Below, piece by piece: positions 1 to 13,400 of a stretch of DNA of 64,000 nucleotides. The notes below the pieces were generated by a model. That model did no database searches. It saw only the letters and a list, made by a program, of their open reading frames with translations, and was not told the DNA's origin. Position numbers and translations under genes: made by a program. Origin of the DNA: Octopus vulgaris (lineage: Eukaryota); contig OX597832.1 in assembly GCA_951406725.2 (NCBI GenBank), forward strand, positions 30,256,001 to 30,320,000, in the 5' to 3' direction. The number at the start of each line of letters is the position of its first letter. Position 1 is the first letter of the stretch.

Positions 1-907
1 CTAGAGTAGAGGAGGTAAAAAGATTATTTTCTCCATTTGCTGTTTGTTTGTTCCTTCTCGTGCCATGCCTGGCTCATAAGGGCCGGTTTCCCTGTTGCCT
101 TGGCGTAGAGGTTCCCCACCTGGACGTGACGCCGGTCCGTCACAGGTGAGCTACAAGATGCAGGAGGAAAGAGTGAGAGAAAGTTGTGGCGAAAGAGTCA
201 GCAGAAGTTCGCCATTACCTTCTGCCGGGGCCACGTTGAGCTTATGTGTTTCGATCACAAACACACACATCGCCCGATCTGAGATTCGAACCCGCGATCC
301 CTCGACCGCGAGTCCGCTGCTCTAACCACCAGAGCCATGTGCCTCCGTTTTCTCCATTTAAGTAGTGAATTTGGTTCTACCTCACTGAAAAAGGACAGAT
401 AAAAATTAGGGAAAGAATTATCTCCCTTTGACTGTTATTTTTCATAGAGTTTTTTTTTTTTAGTCAGCCTTCTCATTTTTTTTGTTCATATTTCGTGAAT
501 AAGATATCTTGGATATTAATTGACCCAGAAATAAATCTAAAATACTTGCAGGGATTGGTGGGATAAGGGATGAGTTGCCAGTTGCCAATCCCTGAGAAGT
601 GTTCAGTTATATACTAAAATATATGCCTGCTTTTAAAGTTTTAAGTGGATGGGATGTTTGGTTGTTAGTTCTGTCCGTACTTTCAATTCCAATCTTTAAT
701 CAATTTAATCAATGTAACCCCAAATATACAGACTACATTCCAACTACTAGTTGTGAACTTGGTTGTTCCCTGGTGTCTTATACCACAACTGATCAATATC
801 CCACATCACTGATAGGAGCACTCCGTCGGTTACGATGATGGGGGTTCCAGCTGATACAATCAACGGATCAGCTTGCTCGTGAAATTAAAGTGCAAGTGAC
901 TGAGCAC

Positions 908-2114
908 TAGGCCTCGAAACCGGTTTTATATTATGATCAGTAAAACCGAAACCGATTTGCCAAAACCGATTTTAAGGCTTGCTGTTTCGGATCTTTTCAA
1001 TAAAAGATGTTTTATATAACACACTCTACCAGTATACGAAGTTTAAAAGTGTTTAGTTACAAATAACTATTTCTTAAACGTGCCCGTCAAAGTGAAAAGA
1101 TCCGCTGTTTCTTCTTTTTTTTTTTTTTTCGCAAAACATTTCTCCATTTTTTCTTTTCAAGAAATATCGTTGAAACTGAACTAACTGAACTGTTGTCGGT
1201 CGCCTTTAGTTGAGAGTGCAGTCTGTTTCATTGAAACATATCAATTCTCACCTTCTTTCCCCTTGAACCTTAGATCAGCACCTAGTCATCTCCTTCGCTA
1301 ACCCCCGGCTGACTCTTTGAATTTGCAGGTAACACAGTTTATTCATAGCAAGTCAAGAGGATGCTCTTAGTTTTCAGTCGGGTGATCTTTCCCGTTGAGC
1401 ATATGTAATAACCAGTTCCAGATTTTTTGATAAAAAAAGTGAAGAGATCGCCGTAACAGACGACAGTGATCGCCATAACAGACGACAGTGATCGCTAAAA
1501 CAGACGGTAGTGATGGTGAAGCTGACATAAGCTGACATAAGCCAACAAGACATACTTTGTCGAAAATGCTTGTTTTCCCCAGCTAAAACCTGAATTTAAC
1601 AAAGTTTTAAATAAGGTAAGAAAAATTTCAAAACTTTTCCATAAATCTCCTACAAAAAAAAATGAAATTTTGCAAGATTTTTTTACGAGCGAACTTTGAT
1701 AACAGAGAATATAAACTTCTACTGGATTGCAGAACTCGGTGGAATGGCACATTTCATATGATTGAGAGATTTTTGGGAATTGAAAAGCTGCATTCCAAAT
1801 GCTCTACGAGCAGAACTTTCCACAGATGCCCATCGCTGACGAAGAATGGAAAGCTCTCGATTTACTATATGAAATTCTGCATCCAGTAGAAATTATTTTG
1901 AAGGCTATTTGCGCTGATGATAATTTTTTTTAAAACAAAGTAAATAAAACACAAAAACACAAAGTAAGGATCGACTAGTCACGACTAGCTAGCGCAGATG
2001 CACGAGTGCGCGCACCGGGACCACTCTTCTTAAGTAGTACCTGAGAAAACCAGTTTTGAGAATTACTTATACTTGACCTCGGTTTGGGGAATTATCAGTT
2101 TTTTGCAAGCCCTA
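908..2114 (+). mobile_element. Degenerate hAT transposon inserted into a SINE
   Basis: Ends TAGGCCTCG.../...CAAGCCCTA; 8-bp TSD ctgagcac/cggagcac; AAACCGA subterminal repeats; transposase remnant LLLDCRTRWNGTFHMIERFL (hAT DxxTRWNS motif) at 1662-1889; host SINE resumes after the TSD. Confidence 0.8.
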
Positions 2115-2572
2115 CGGAGCACTCTACAGACACATGTACCCTCAATGTAGTTCTGAGGGAGATTCTGCGTGACACAGAGTGTGACAAGGCCGGTCCTTTG
2201 AAATACAAGCACTACTCATTTTTGCCAGCTGAGTGGACTGGAGCAACGAGCAATAAAATGTTTTGCTCAAAGACACAACATGTCGTCAGGAATCGAATTA
2301 TCAATTATCCTAAATAACAAATTAAGAAGGATCTAAATATTTGTTTTGAATATGATCCCTTTTCAAATCAATGGTTAAAAAGCATTTCCAAAAATGACCT
2401 TTCCATATGCCCCACACATACATTTACGAAAACTGGTGACATCAAAGAGAGAATCAGAACTGAGTCACTGAGCCTCGGAGATCAGACAATCTGATGTTTC
2501 ATGTTGAAAGTAATTTGTAGAAAATAAAAGTGACTTCACTGATTTTATACAAATTTCGGTTACCAATTTTAA

Positions 2573-2784
2573 CCCTTTCGTTACCAACCCAGCTCTGACT
2601 CTTTAGTATAAACGTCTTGTTTTCATAAGTTTTGAATTAAAATTTTCCACTAAACCTTAGTCACAATTTATGTTCCTTACACTAAGCTTAATGATTACTA
2701 AGTTGTTTGACTAAATTCTTTGTTATATTTAAAGTAATTGAAAGAAACCCAGAGCATCTCAAGAGAAATACGGTAATGAAAGGG
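2573..2784. mobile_element. piggyBac-type MITE
   Basis: TTAA|CCCTTTCGTTACC...GGTAATGAAAGGG|TTAA; same family as 25909-26129 and 49098-49318. Confidence 0.8.
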
Positions 2785-3818
2785 TTAAATAGCAAATCTT
2801 GGACTGAGAGATGAAGCTGACACAACAATAAAGGTGACCTGCCAAATAACCAGTCATTTAAATTAATAATTTAATGATGATTATGATAATGATAATAACA
2901 ATGGTTTCCAATTATGGTACCAGGCCAGTGTGGAGGCGCAATGGCCCAGTGGTTAGGGCAGTGGATTTGCAGTTTCAATTCCCAGACCAGGCATTGTGAG
3001 TGTTTATTGAGCAAAAGCACCTAAGCTCCACAAGGCTCTGGCAGGGGATGGTGATGAACCCTACCAAACTCTTTCACCACAACTTTTTCTCACTATTTCT
3101 TCCAGTTTCTGTTGTACTTGTATATCAAAGGGGCCAGCCTTGTCACACTCTGTGTCACGCTGAATCTCCCCGAGAACTATGTTAAGGGTACATGTGTCTG
3201 CGGAGTGCTCAGCCACTTGCACATTAATTTTACGAGCAGGCTGTTCCGTTGATTGGATCAATTGGAACCCTTGTTGTCGTAACCAACAGAGTGTGCCACA
3301 AGGCCCAGTAATTTCGGGGATGAGGGGGTAAGTCAATTACATTGACACCCCCCTCCCCAGTGATCAACTGGTACCAAAATCTAGTAACTCCCAACACCAC
3401 AAAAGATTCAAGGAAATCTATGCCACAGTGATTTGTTACATTCAGCAAACCCATGGAAGGATTCAAGCCCAGTACCAAAAGCTACCAAATTAGGGGTTGA
3501 CTATACATTGCTCCCAGCCCTTGGAACAGTACTTTATCATCTTATATTAACGTCTCATTTCCTCTGCTCTTGTTTCGATGGCCTGCACATTGCCATATTA
3601 CCATTCCTTGGCATCTTGTGTTTTCCTATCTGTGAGATACAACATTGCGTTTCCTCTCTAAGTACTCATGGTACTTATTGACAATTTGCAAACTGAGCCA
3701 GCGAATGTTGAGTGCCTTTGGTATAAAGACAGCCTCAGCAAAGCAGATCATAACCAGTCATTCAGTGAGGCAGAAATATTTGAAAAATGAACAAAAAACA
3801 AGATTTGTTTTGAAATAA

Positions 3819-3824
3819 TTTATT
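3819..3824 (-). terminator. Candidate distal polyadenylation signal of PCYT1
   Basis: AATAAA followed ~15-30 nt later by a GU/U-rich tract (tcttgttttttgttc) on the minus strand, where sequence switches from unique to repeat-rich. Confidence 0.4.
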
Positions 3825-6800
3825 ACTTAGAAATATATACAACAATCGTAGAGAGAGAGAGAGAGAGTAGCTGTGAGGGAGAGAGAGAGAATATAGAGAT
3901 TATCTTTTATGAAATTAGAGGCATCTTTGACTGGATGCCAAATACCATCCAGTGGAATCAGTTAGAAACTGAAATAAAATAAAATTTCACATTTTAATTT
4001 GCTTCAAAATATCATTTTCGGAAAATAGAAACTAAAGATCTGACACCAATGTAACATGTCAAAGAGCGATCAAGAAAGAATTTGCTTTCTGAATTATATG
4101 AACATTCCTTTCACCATTTGCCAATTCTGGATAGCTATATTCTTTAGTTAATGATTAAAAGACAATTTAAACTATATTTCACCAGAAACTAACCATTTTC
4201 TAAAAAGGCTTAAAACATAAAAAACGGCTTTTCTGTGCAAGATATCCTTCTATGTCTACACTACAGTTTCAGTGAAGCCAAGTTAATGAAATTGCATCGT
4301 TTCTTATATCAGCAGCAGAAATTCAAAGAGGAGGAATGTTGATTCCCAAGTTGAAATAGATTGAAACTGTTTTCACTGAGAATTAAGACTATCAGAGATA
4401 CGTCTGGAATCTCATTGTTAAATTCTACTCAGCCTACAAGGAGCTTTGCTAATTATGAGGATTATCATTTTTGGAGCAGATTTCTACAAGCAATTTTTTG
4501 ACAAAAATCAAGAATATTGCTCACTAATTAAAGATCAATTCATTATAAGCTAAAAAAACCTTTGGGCTGTATAAATTCTTCAAGATACATTCTTAACAGC
4601 AAGAACTTCTTTCTCTGTGACTAAGAGCACTTTTTTAAAAACTAGGTTGGATAAGTAATATTCTGTGGTTGACCCAATAAAAATGCTATTTAGGTTCTTG
4701 AAATCGACAACTGTATTTATCTTGATTCAGCACAGAATATACACCTAAGATTTAAACCAGAGTTCTGGAAATGAGGATAATCTAAAAAAAAAAGAGAAAA
4801 AACCCCACAATATTAAGATTCTCCTCCAGACACTATCATTGCTCCTTAAACCTTTTTCAGATTCAAAGAAATTCTCTCCAATCACTCGGCACTTTCAAAT
4901 CATTGCATCAACTCTTTGTAAACAATGTTTGTCTTTCCAGTCTCTGGGGTTTAGACTAGACCATTGCTACAATTAGCAAGCCATGAAGAGGGCTTCTACA
5001 GGATTGCTTGGCTGGTTGCTAGAAACAGCAACCAAATCTCCCCCGAGTTATACCTGTGTTAAAACAGGAAGTCCTCGGTACACTGAATAAAGGTCGGTGG
5101 TCATGGAAATCTGCTCAATCGAGATGGACCTGAAGCTAAACAATAACCCCGTACTCCGTCCCATCAAATGCTGTGCTCCAGTTTCAAGATCTGTCCTCCC
5201 CCAGAGCTGGCAGACTACAAAAGACAGGAATTAATGGCGTAACATTTGTTATTTCAATGTTAACTGTTGCCTAGCATTGACCAAAAAAAAAAAAAAATCA
5301 TTTTACCCCCCTCCGCCATTTTTGAAACAGAGGTCCAAACCATTACAGAAGCCAATTAATTTAACGTTAAACCCAATTTAAGGCAATTGATTCTTTAATC
5401 AATATTTAATAATTCATTATAAAAGGCTCGCTAATGTTTTCGTAAGTAAAAGAACAGGAAAAATACAAAAAAAGCTTTGAAGCATTGGGATAATAAAAAA
5501 ACAAAGTTTGGTAAACCTTGGCACTGAAATGGTGGTGATTGGGTTGGAAGCAGACAGAAAGGTGAGACATTGGGAAAAAAATGCTAAGTCTGCAATTGAT
5601 TTGGTTTTGTCTTCACAAGTATTTATTTTACATTGCTAAATTATATTCATAAAGCAAGCCATTAGGTAATAACTTGGTTCTTTTCATACAAAATTAGGTT
5701 TTAGCATTTTTTTGGTATGGAAATACACATCCACTCACACACACACATATCTATATATTTACACACACACACACACATTTTGACATTGGTCGTTAGAGGA
5801 CTGCATGAGGCAAATAATTAAGTACAAAATAGTTTTGGTCTTAGAATATTAAAAAAAAAAAATCTTTACTAAATCTTGGGAGTGAAGAAGAATGCTTTCC
5901 TTATTGCTTTTATTTTATGTTCCAAAAGGAAGAATTGTTCCTCAATCTAAATAAACATTAATATGTTTTGCATTGTGTAGAAACGGCAATAAGACTTGAT
6001 CTATCTGTCTATTTTCCATTATACTCTAAGCAGAAAATAAATAAGAACTATTAAAAAACTTGTTTGGTTTAAGCTAAATTTCAGTGATTCTGGATAGATT
6101 TTAGATTAAAGATTATCTGAGAGATTAATTCTCTGGCAGAGACCTATCACAGAGTGGTTCAAAACCTTGGAACTGGGAACAAAACAGATTTGATTTTGTT
6201 ACTAAATCCCTATTTTAACCCTTGGAGTATTCATTGATTGTGCAAACTTATGTTAGGAATGTATATTAAGGGTTATGTGTGACCAGTTGTGTCTTCAGGA
6301 GAGTCGAGAAGAGAAAGAGATAAAAAAAAAGCCTTAAACTTGCCATCAAATTTATTAAGATTTGTTTAACATTTTCAACAGAGAATTTGAAATGTTTCAT
6401 TAATATTTGTCTCATTGGCTGCATTAATAATTAATTGGGACAGATAATTGATAATTCTCACAGTGTTTGCTTTAAATTTCGGCAGTAAAAATATATGAAA
6501 GAGGAGAGGAGAGAAAGAGAGAGAGAATTTAAATATGCACACACACACACACGTTTGTACATACATACATACATACATACATACATACATGCATACACGC
6601 ACACACACGAGAGAGAGAGACAGAGAGAAGGTTTGAAGTTGTGCCCTTGCTAAGTATTTTATAATACTGAACTGTGTCTCAGCTCAGAAAACCAGGGTTC
6701 AAAGCTTGCCAAAAGCACCAGGCTCTTCTCTTGGGGCAAAAGTTACCAGATCAAAAATTTAAAGAATCAATCTTCACTGAGAAGCCATTAAAACCAAGTG

Positions 6801-7924
6801 ATGAATTGAAAATGGAGATTCCTGATTTCGAGTCTGTCTCGGCTTTACCAAACTTGGATGTCACTAAACGAAACTTGTGTCAAAGAGATGATGTTTGTGA
6901 AAATGAGGTAGAGAAGTATGGACCACCGGGACAGGAGATGAAACCATGGTAACAATTGCGTATGATGCTTTCCAATAATTCTCTTAGACTAGGATTCAGA
7001 TAAGGCTAGAGAGAGATGGTCATTGCCTTTCTAAAAGTATTTAATATAATTCAAGTGAAAGAACTTCAACCACAAATTGAAATCAAGTTGCAAACAAAAC
7101 TGGAACAAGTTCATTGCTATTTTACAGCTAATTATCATCATTTCAGGCCTTGTATACTAGAAAGCATTATTATTACTAAATTATTATTATTACTATTATT
7201 ACTACTACTACTATTATTATTACTAAAACTACTATTATTATTGCATTATTATTAACAATAAGTGCCACATCTTTACAGATTACAGCCCTAATAATAATAA
7301 TAATAATAATAATACAAGCTTTGCTATATCACATTTCTGGAAATAACATTTATTAATCCCCCTCGATACAATAAAAAAAAGTCATGTTTTTCTTTCATAG
7401 CACCTGTTACTAATGATAGCCAAATAATAGCTAGACAAGCTTTTATTGATCTACAGGTGTACCCAGAGATGACTGTTGCTGTTTAACACCTGTTGCCTAA
7501 AGTGAGAATGTTTTCCATGGCAAACCACAATGAAAATGGCCTTTTTTTTTTTTACAGGTCAAAATATGTCCCAAATTTATTTGAACTGATTTAATCCTTT
7601 AGCATTTAAACTGGCCATATCTGGCCCAAAATATATTCTACCAGTTTTATGTTCAAACTGTTGAAATTTACAATCACATCAGTGAAATCTCAAAGTTACA
7701 AGATAATGTGTAATTAATTCAAAGCAATTTAAATTAGTAAGTATTACACTTGACAGAGTAATATGAAAGCTAAAGGGTTAATAATTATCATATTTAGAAG
7801 GGACAGGTCTAAAGCTACAACTGTTCCAGTGCTTTGACAACTCTCTTGTTCTGTTGTCATGAAACAGACTTAAAACTGAATATTGCCACAAAAGACTTTA
7901 CTGATGGCAATAAATAATTATTCT

Positions 7925-8798
7925 TTTAGGCACAAGGCCTAAAACTTTTGTAGGGAGAGGATGAGTTAATCACATCGCTCCCAGTGAATAACTGGTACTT
8001 ACTGTTCAACCCCAAAAGGCTGAAAGGCAAAGTCGACCTTAGTAGGAATTGAACTCAGAATGTAAGGAACGATGAAATACAGCTAAGCATTTCGTCCGGC
8101 ATGCTAACGATTCTGCCAGCTCACCCACCTTAATAATAATAATGGTTTCACATTTTGGCACAAGGCCAGCAATTTCGAGGAGGAGGGATAAGTCAATTGC
8201 ATTGACCCCAGTATTTCACTGGTACTTATTTTATCAACCCCTGCCAAAAAGATGAAAGACAAAGTCGACCTTGGTGGAATTTGAACTCAGAACATAAGGG
8301 CAGGCGAAATGCCATAAATCATTTTGTCTGGTGCGCTAACGATTTTTTCCTACTCTAGGCACAAGGCCCGAAATTTTGGGGGGAGGGAGTCAGTCGATTA
8401 GGTCGACCCCAGTATGCAACTGGTACTTGATTTATCGACCCCGAAAGGATGAAAGGCAAAGTCAACCTCAGCAGAATTTGAACTCAGAACGCAGTGATGG
8501 ACAAAATGCTGCTAAGCATTTTGCCCAGCGTGCTAACGATTCTGCCAGCTCACCACCTTGATAATAATAATAATAATAATAATATTTTCTACTCTTGGCA
8601 CAAGGCCTGAAATTTTGGGGGAGGGAGGCCCCAGTCGATTAGATCGACCCCAGTACACAACTGGTACTTAATTTATTGAGCCTGAAAGGATGAAAAGCAA
8701 AGTCGACCTTGGCAGAATTTGAACACAGAACGTGAAGATAGACGAAATACCGCTAAGCATTTCACCCAGCATACTGACATTTCTGCCAACTTACTACC

Positions 8799-8800
<2 letters not shown>
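7925..8800 (-). mobile_element. Tandem cluster of four tRNA-derived SINEs with a Meta-domain-like core, separated by (AAT)n; other copies at 18180-18410, 30471-30680, 40230-40950, 56530-56700, 58355-58520
   Basis: Repeated GTCGACTTTGCCTTTCATCCTTTCGGGGTCGATAAATTAAGTACCAG core and GAGTTCAAATTC B box. Confidence 0.85.
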
Positions 8801-8839
<39 letters not shown>

Positions 8840-9770
8840 TATAATTGCTTACATTGGCATTAAGGCCAATGGAGAGGAAGGATGGATATACTGAATTAAA
8901 TTAGTCTAAATATTTCAAGGACTTCCCTTATTAACCCTGAAGAGATGAGAGGCATAAGACCTGGTGAGATTAGAACTTATAACTTAGCAGGTTAAAACTT
9001 AATCCTATTAAATAGTTAGTTTAACACACTAAAAAAATATATTTTAAAAATCAAGCAACAGAAAGACTGTGTATACACACACACACACACACACTGTTTG
9101 AATTTGAAAAAAAATGTTTAAAGCAGATAAAAAAAACATAAGAGAATAAAAATTGAAGATAGCCATGTTATATTTCCTGTAGGAACACAGGGTCTTCATT
9201 CTGGTTTCCTTATCTAGAATTGTTTAATGTTGCTTAAGTTTAGTTCTGTTGTCTTTCATGTGATGTACGTGAAACCATAAAATAATAGAAAGAGAATTAA
9301 AACAGCCAAGAATAGATGTTGTTGTTTTGGTTCTTTTAAAGAAAGCAAGAAAAACTGGTCCAAATATTTGACAGAACTCTAGAAAAAGAATGGCCAATAT
9401 AAGGAAAAATAGAACTAAATATTTCCAGAATATAATTTAAAACATCAAAAAAGGAAAATTCTATTTGATTTAAAAATGATATTTAATTTAATAGTTTTAA
9501 ATGTTGAAAACTTGCAAATTGGCAGTTTACAAACACAGCACATCATAACCCTTTCAAAATATGACCCTTTCGCAACATGAACCTTTCACAACATGATCCT
9601 TTCTCAACATAACCCTTTCACCCTTTCATATCTCTTTCTCTAATGAAATACACTCATTGTGTTTTAATTAATTTTGAAAATAACAAATAATTCGGAGAGA
9701 TTTAGTCAGAATACATCACTGTCATTGTTAAGCTGGTGTTTGGAATATAACTTAAAAGTTGTTTTTCTTT

Positions 9771-9776
9771 TTTATT
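9771..9776 (-). terminator. Candidate proximal polyadenylation signal (AATAAA) of PCYT1
   Basis: AATAAA ~400 nt after the stop codon on the minus strand. Confidence 0.4.
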
Positions 9777-10180
9777 GTTACATAAAATTACAACTGAAAT
9801 GTAAATAATATAAAACAAGAAGTTTTTTTTTCCATTTTTTTCATATATATATATAATAGAGTGTGAGGCAATCACTGGCAGGTTTATATATCAAAAGGGG
9901 GTTAACAATAAAATATGGAACCAACCATTTAATCCGTTATGTGTACCCTCCATCAGTTTTAACCCTTGCAAGCATATATATATACATATGCACCCAACTA
10001 AAATATCTTTAATTCCCTTATTCAACCTTTTTACTACTTAATATAAATAGATCAACCAAAACTGGTTTTCAGATTTCAACAGATCTGATGAAAGGCTGTT
10101 ATCAATTTGAAATTTTTTGTTCTTTTTAAAAAAAGCACTTTTTTATTTTTGTTGCTGTTTTCTGAGAGAATAAAAATAAG

Positions 10181-10432
10181 TTACATTTCTTCTTGGTCCT
10201 CTTCGGAGTCCGTCAGCGGATACTCCTCATCGTCATTGATGAAATTCTCTTCTTCTCTATCTTCCTCTTCCATGGCAATGTCCGACATACGGCTTCGTTT
10301 GGCTGGGGGACTGGAGGGGCTGGGTGACCTCGAAGAAATGGGTGGACTTGGTGGACTGAAATCTCGAGAAGGACTGGAACCTGGTGAAATGGCTCTGGCC
10401 ATCCGTTGGCGTCCTTCATTTATCCAAGTACT
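10181..10432 (-). CDS. PCYT1: PCYT1 last coding exon, Ser-Pro phosphorylation domain and acidic tail
   Basis: [17 protein letters not shown]...[13 protein letters not shown]...EEDQEEM-TAA aligns with CCT 'EGKGRMLQAISP'. Confidence 0.93.
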   Translation of the reverse strand, partial: STWINEGRQRMARAISPGSSPSRDFSPPSPPISSRSPSPSSPPAKRSRMSDIAMEEEDREEENFINDDEEYPLTDSEEDQEEM

Positions 10433-13400
10433 CTGGAAGAGCAAAGCATTAATCAGCACATTGATTCACTTTTCTTTAACATATATAGAATACATAGAAT
10501 ACTGCTTACCACTCACACACACACACACGCACATACACACACACAAATTATGTAATTTCGTGTACGAACAGCCATGCTACATGGCAGTGAAATATGGGCC
10601 ATGACTGCTGAGGACGTGCGCAAGCTTGCAAGGAATGAAGCTAGTATGCTCTGCCAGGTGTGTAATGTCAGTGTGCATACACGACAGAGTATAAGCGCCC
10701 TGAGAGAAAAGTTGGATTTAAGAAGCATCAGATGTAGTGTGCAAGAGAGACGACTGCGCTGGTATGGTCATGTGTTGCAAATGAATGAGGACAGCTGTGT
10801 GAAAAAATGTCACACCCTAGCAGTTGAAGGAACCTATGGAAGAGGTAGACACAGGAAAACCTGAGATGAGGTGGTGAAACATGACCTTCAAACATTGGGC
10901 CTTACTGAGGCAATGACTAGTGACCGAGACCTTTGGAGATATGCTGTGCTTGAGAAGACCTGGGAAGCCAAGTGAGACCATAGCCCATGGCCTATGCCAG
11001 TGGGTGTAACCAGCCCATTTATGGATACCCCTCATTCATTGGACAATAAAATTTGCTTGTGAAGACCTATTCAGCCAAGTGAAATCAAAATCAAAATCAA
11101 TAACGTGGCCGATGACAATAATGCCTGATTGGTACTCGTGCCAGTGGAATGTTAAAAGCACATCTGAGTGTGATTATTGCCAGGGCCACGGATTGGCTCC
11201 TGTGCTGGTGACATGTGAAAAGCAACATTCGAGCATGATTGTTGCCAGTGTCGCCTTACCGACACATGTGCCAATGGCATGTGAAAAACAACATTCGAGC
11301 GAGGTTGTTGCCAGTGCTGCCAGACTGGCTCCTGTGCTGGTAGCACGTAGAAACACCTTTTGAGCGTGGTCATTGCCAGAAATATCTGACTGGTCCTCGT
11401 GCCAGTGGCACGTAAAAGCACCCAGTACACTCTGTAAAGGGGAGGGTTTCAGGAAGGGCGTCCAGCTACAGAAACCATGCTCAAAGCAGAAAGTACTTCA
11501 AATGAAAACTTGTCTAGGAGGGCCATATTCTAAATAATAACACACATGGATGGTGAAAACCCTTGTCATTATTTAGGAGACCCTTGTTGTTATTAAAAAG
11601 CATTTGTATGATCAAATGATCCATGGGATGAGCTACTTCACTTCATGATCCACTCAGAACACGAATATATTAGTCAAACTGCTGAGCCTCTCATATGAAG
11701 TGGAGAGGTGGTTGAAGAAATTTACTCAGAGAACCAGGCAACATTTTCAAGTCTGACACTGAAAGACTAACTTCAGCTGTCAAGTGACATGATTTGTGCA
11801 ACAGGTTTGTAATTAGATTTAGATTGTAATTAGGGTTAATGAAAGAGCTTGTAATCAGAATGTAACTGGGACAGGAATGGGTTTGACATGTTACAACAGG
11901 AGTTAACTTTTAGCCATAACTTGCAAATTTAATCATCACTGGCACCCCCCTCCACCATCATCACCACCACACGACAAAAATTCATCCTGATTGCAATTAG
12001 AAAAAGTATTTTATCTTCCATTTAAATATTTCCCTTCAATAATCTCCAGCTTCATTTAATTTCAATTACTGCTATTTCACTAATTAAGTTCTTAGTTATC
12101 TCCAAATTAATTACTTTTTTTTAATAACAGAAAATTCTAATTTAATTACAGTAATTTATTTTACCAGGTATTCTTTAATTTATTCCACTTAACTCTAAAT
12201 AAGAAATGACTCAGTCTGTGGCGACCAACCCAACCCAATGCACAACGGATGCAAAAATATTCCAATTCTTGCATCTTTCCACTAAAAACTATAAAAAGGG
12301 AAATAATTTAGCTTTCTTACAATTTTGCCGTCTCTGCCAAAAAGGTCCAGAAAATTGCCAATGAATTCTTTCGATTTCTCCTCCCATTTATGAAGTAATT
12401 CTCCTCCTTTATCCATAAAGCCTCTCCTTAATGATTTGCCTTTGTCTTTCAGCTTGCCGTATCTATCTTCAAATTGGATCTTCTTTTCCTGAAAATACAG
12501 AAAATATAAATCATATATTATTAAGTGGGGGTGTGTGTAATATTGTAGAAGTTATTCAGTATTTTGTTGTGCCTGGGAAGAGACATATTGCCTTAATATA
12601 TTTAACACATTCACTGGTTCAATCTCCACTAATGTTTTTGTCTGTTTCAAAAAGTTTTTTTGTTACTTTGGCAACCTTATCAAAGGATATCGACCCTTAC
12701 ACAGAAATAACACAAATAACAACCATGCAGTGGCTCTCATGGCTTCTCATCTTAACTGATTGGAAGTGTTATCATGTACATTGTTTTGTCTTGGTACAAA
12801 AGATGGGCCACAGCAAATATTCTGCTCAATACCACAGATTTGCTTGTCAGTTGTTTGACCTTAACCAGTTGAGCATGGCCCTTAATGGTAGATGATATAT
12901 GCATCTCTGATCATGAGCAGAAGTCATCGGGGAGCATCATGGCCATGGGTTGAGAGAAATTCTTTGAGGTTTGAATAATTCATCTCAGGAAACATGGATG
13001 TTACATTCATCATCCTTAAACAACCCTCATTCAGGGACTTTTTGAGTGGGTTGGACTACTCAACTGGAAGAAAATTCTAAATGGGTCCCACCTGCAAGGT
13101 CATGCGCTATTTATCTTGATATGAATGAGATCACCATGTCACCCACACATGGTTGTGATGCATGTCCCTGGTGTACCTTTATCAAATGGGTAGTCATGAT
13201 GGGTATATTGGGCTTTGTATATTTGTACCTTAGTGTCACTTTGATGGCATACACTGCTCTCTCACTCAATAATAATAATAATAATAATAATAATGGCCAG
13301 AATATTGTTGCAGTATATCTGGTTGATGATGATGATGATGATGACGATGACGGTGATGATAGTGATGCTGATGATAATGATGATGATGTTGTTGGTTCTA

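Noticed and set aside
9541-9630. 16-nt tandem repeat (CATRACCCTTTC...) five times in the PCYT1 3' region
   Set aside because: Appears to be slippage of a piggyBac-MITE terminus (AACCCTTTC) adjoining a MITE remnant
10107-10604. 165-aa plus-strand ORF (and 12431..12895)
   Set aside because: Antisense shadow of PCYT1 exons plus repeat sequence
11100-11420. Regularly spaced GCCAGTG/AAAAGCA repeats superficially like a CRISPR array
   Set aside because: Tandem units of the RTE LINE 3'UTR in a eukaryote; spacers are related to one another and there are no cas genes
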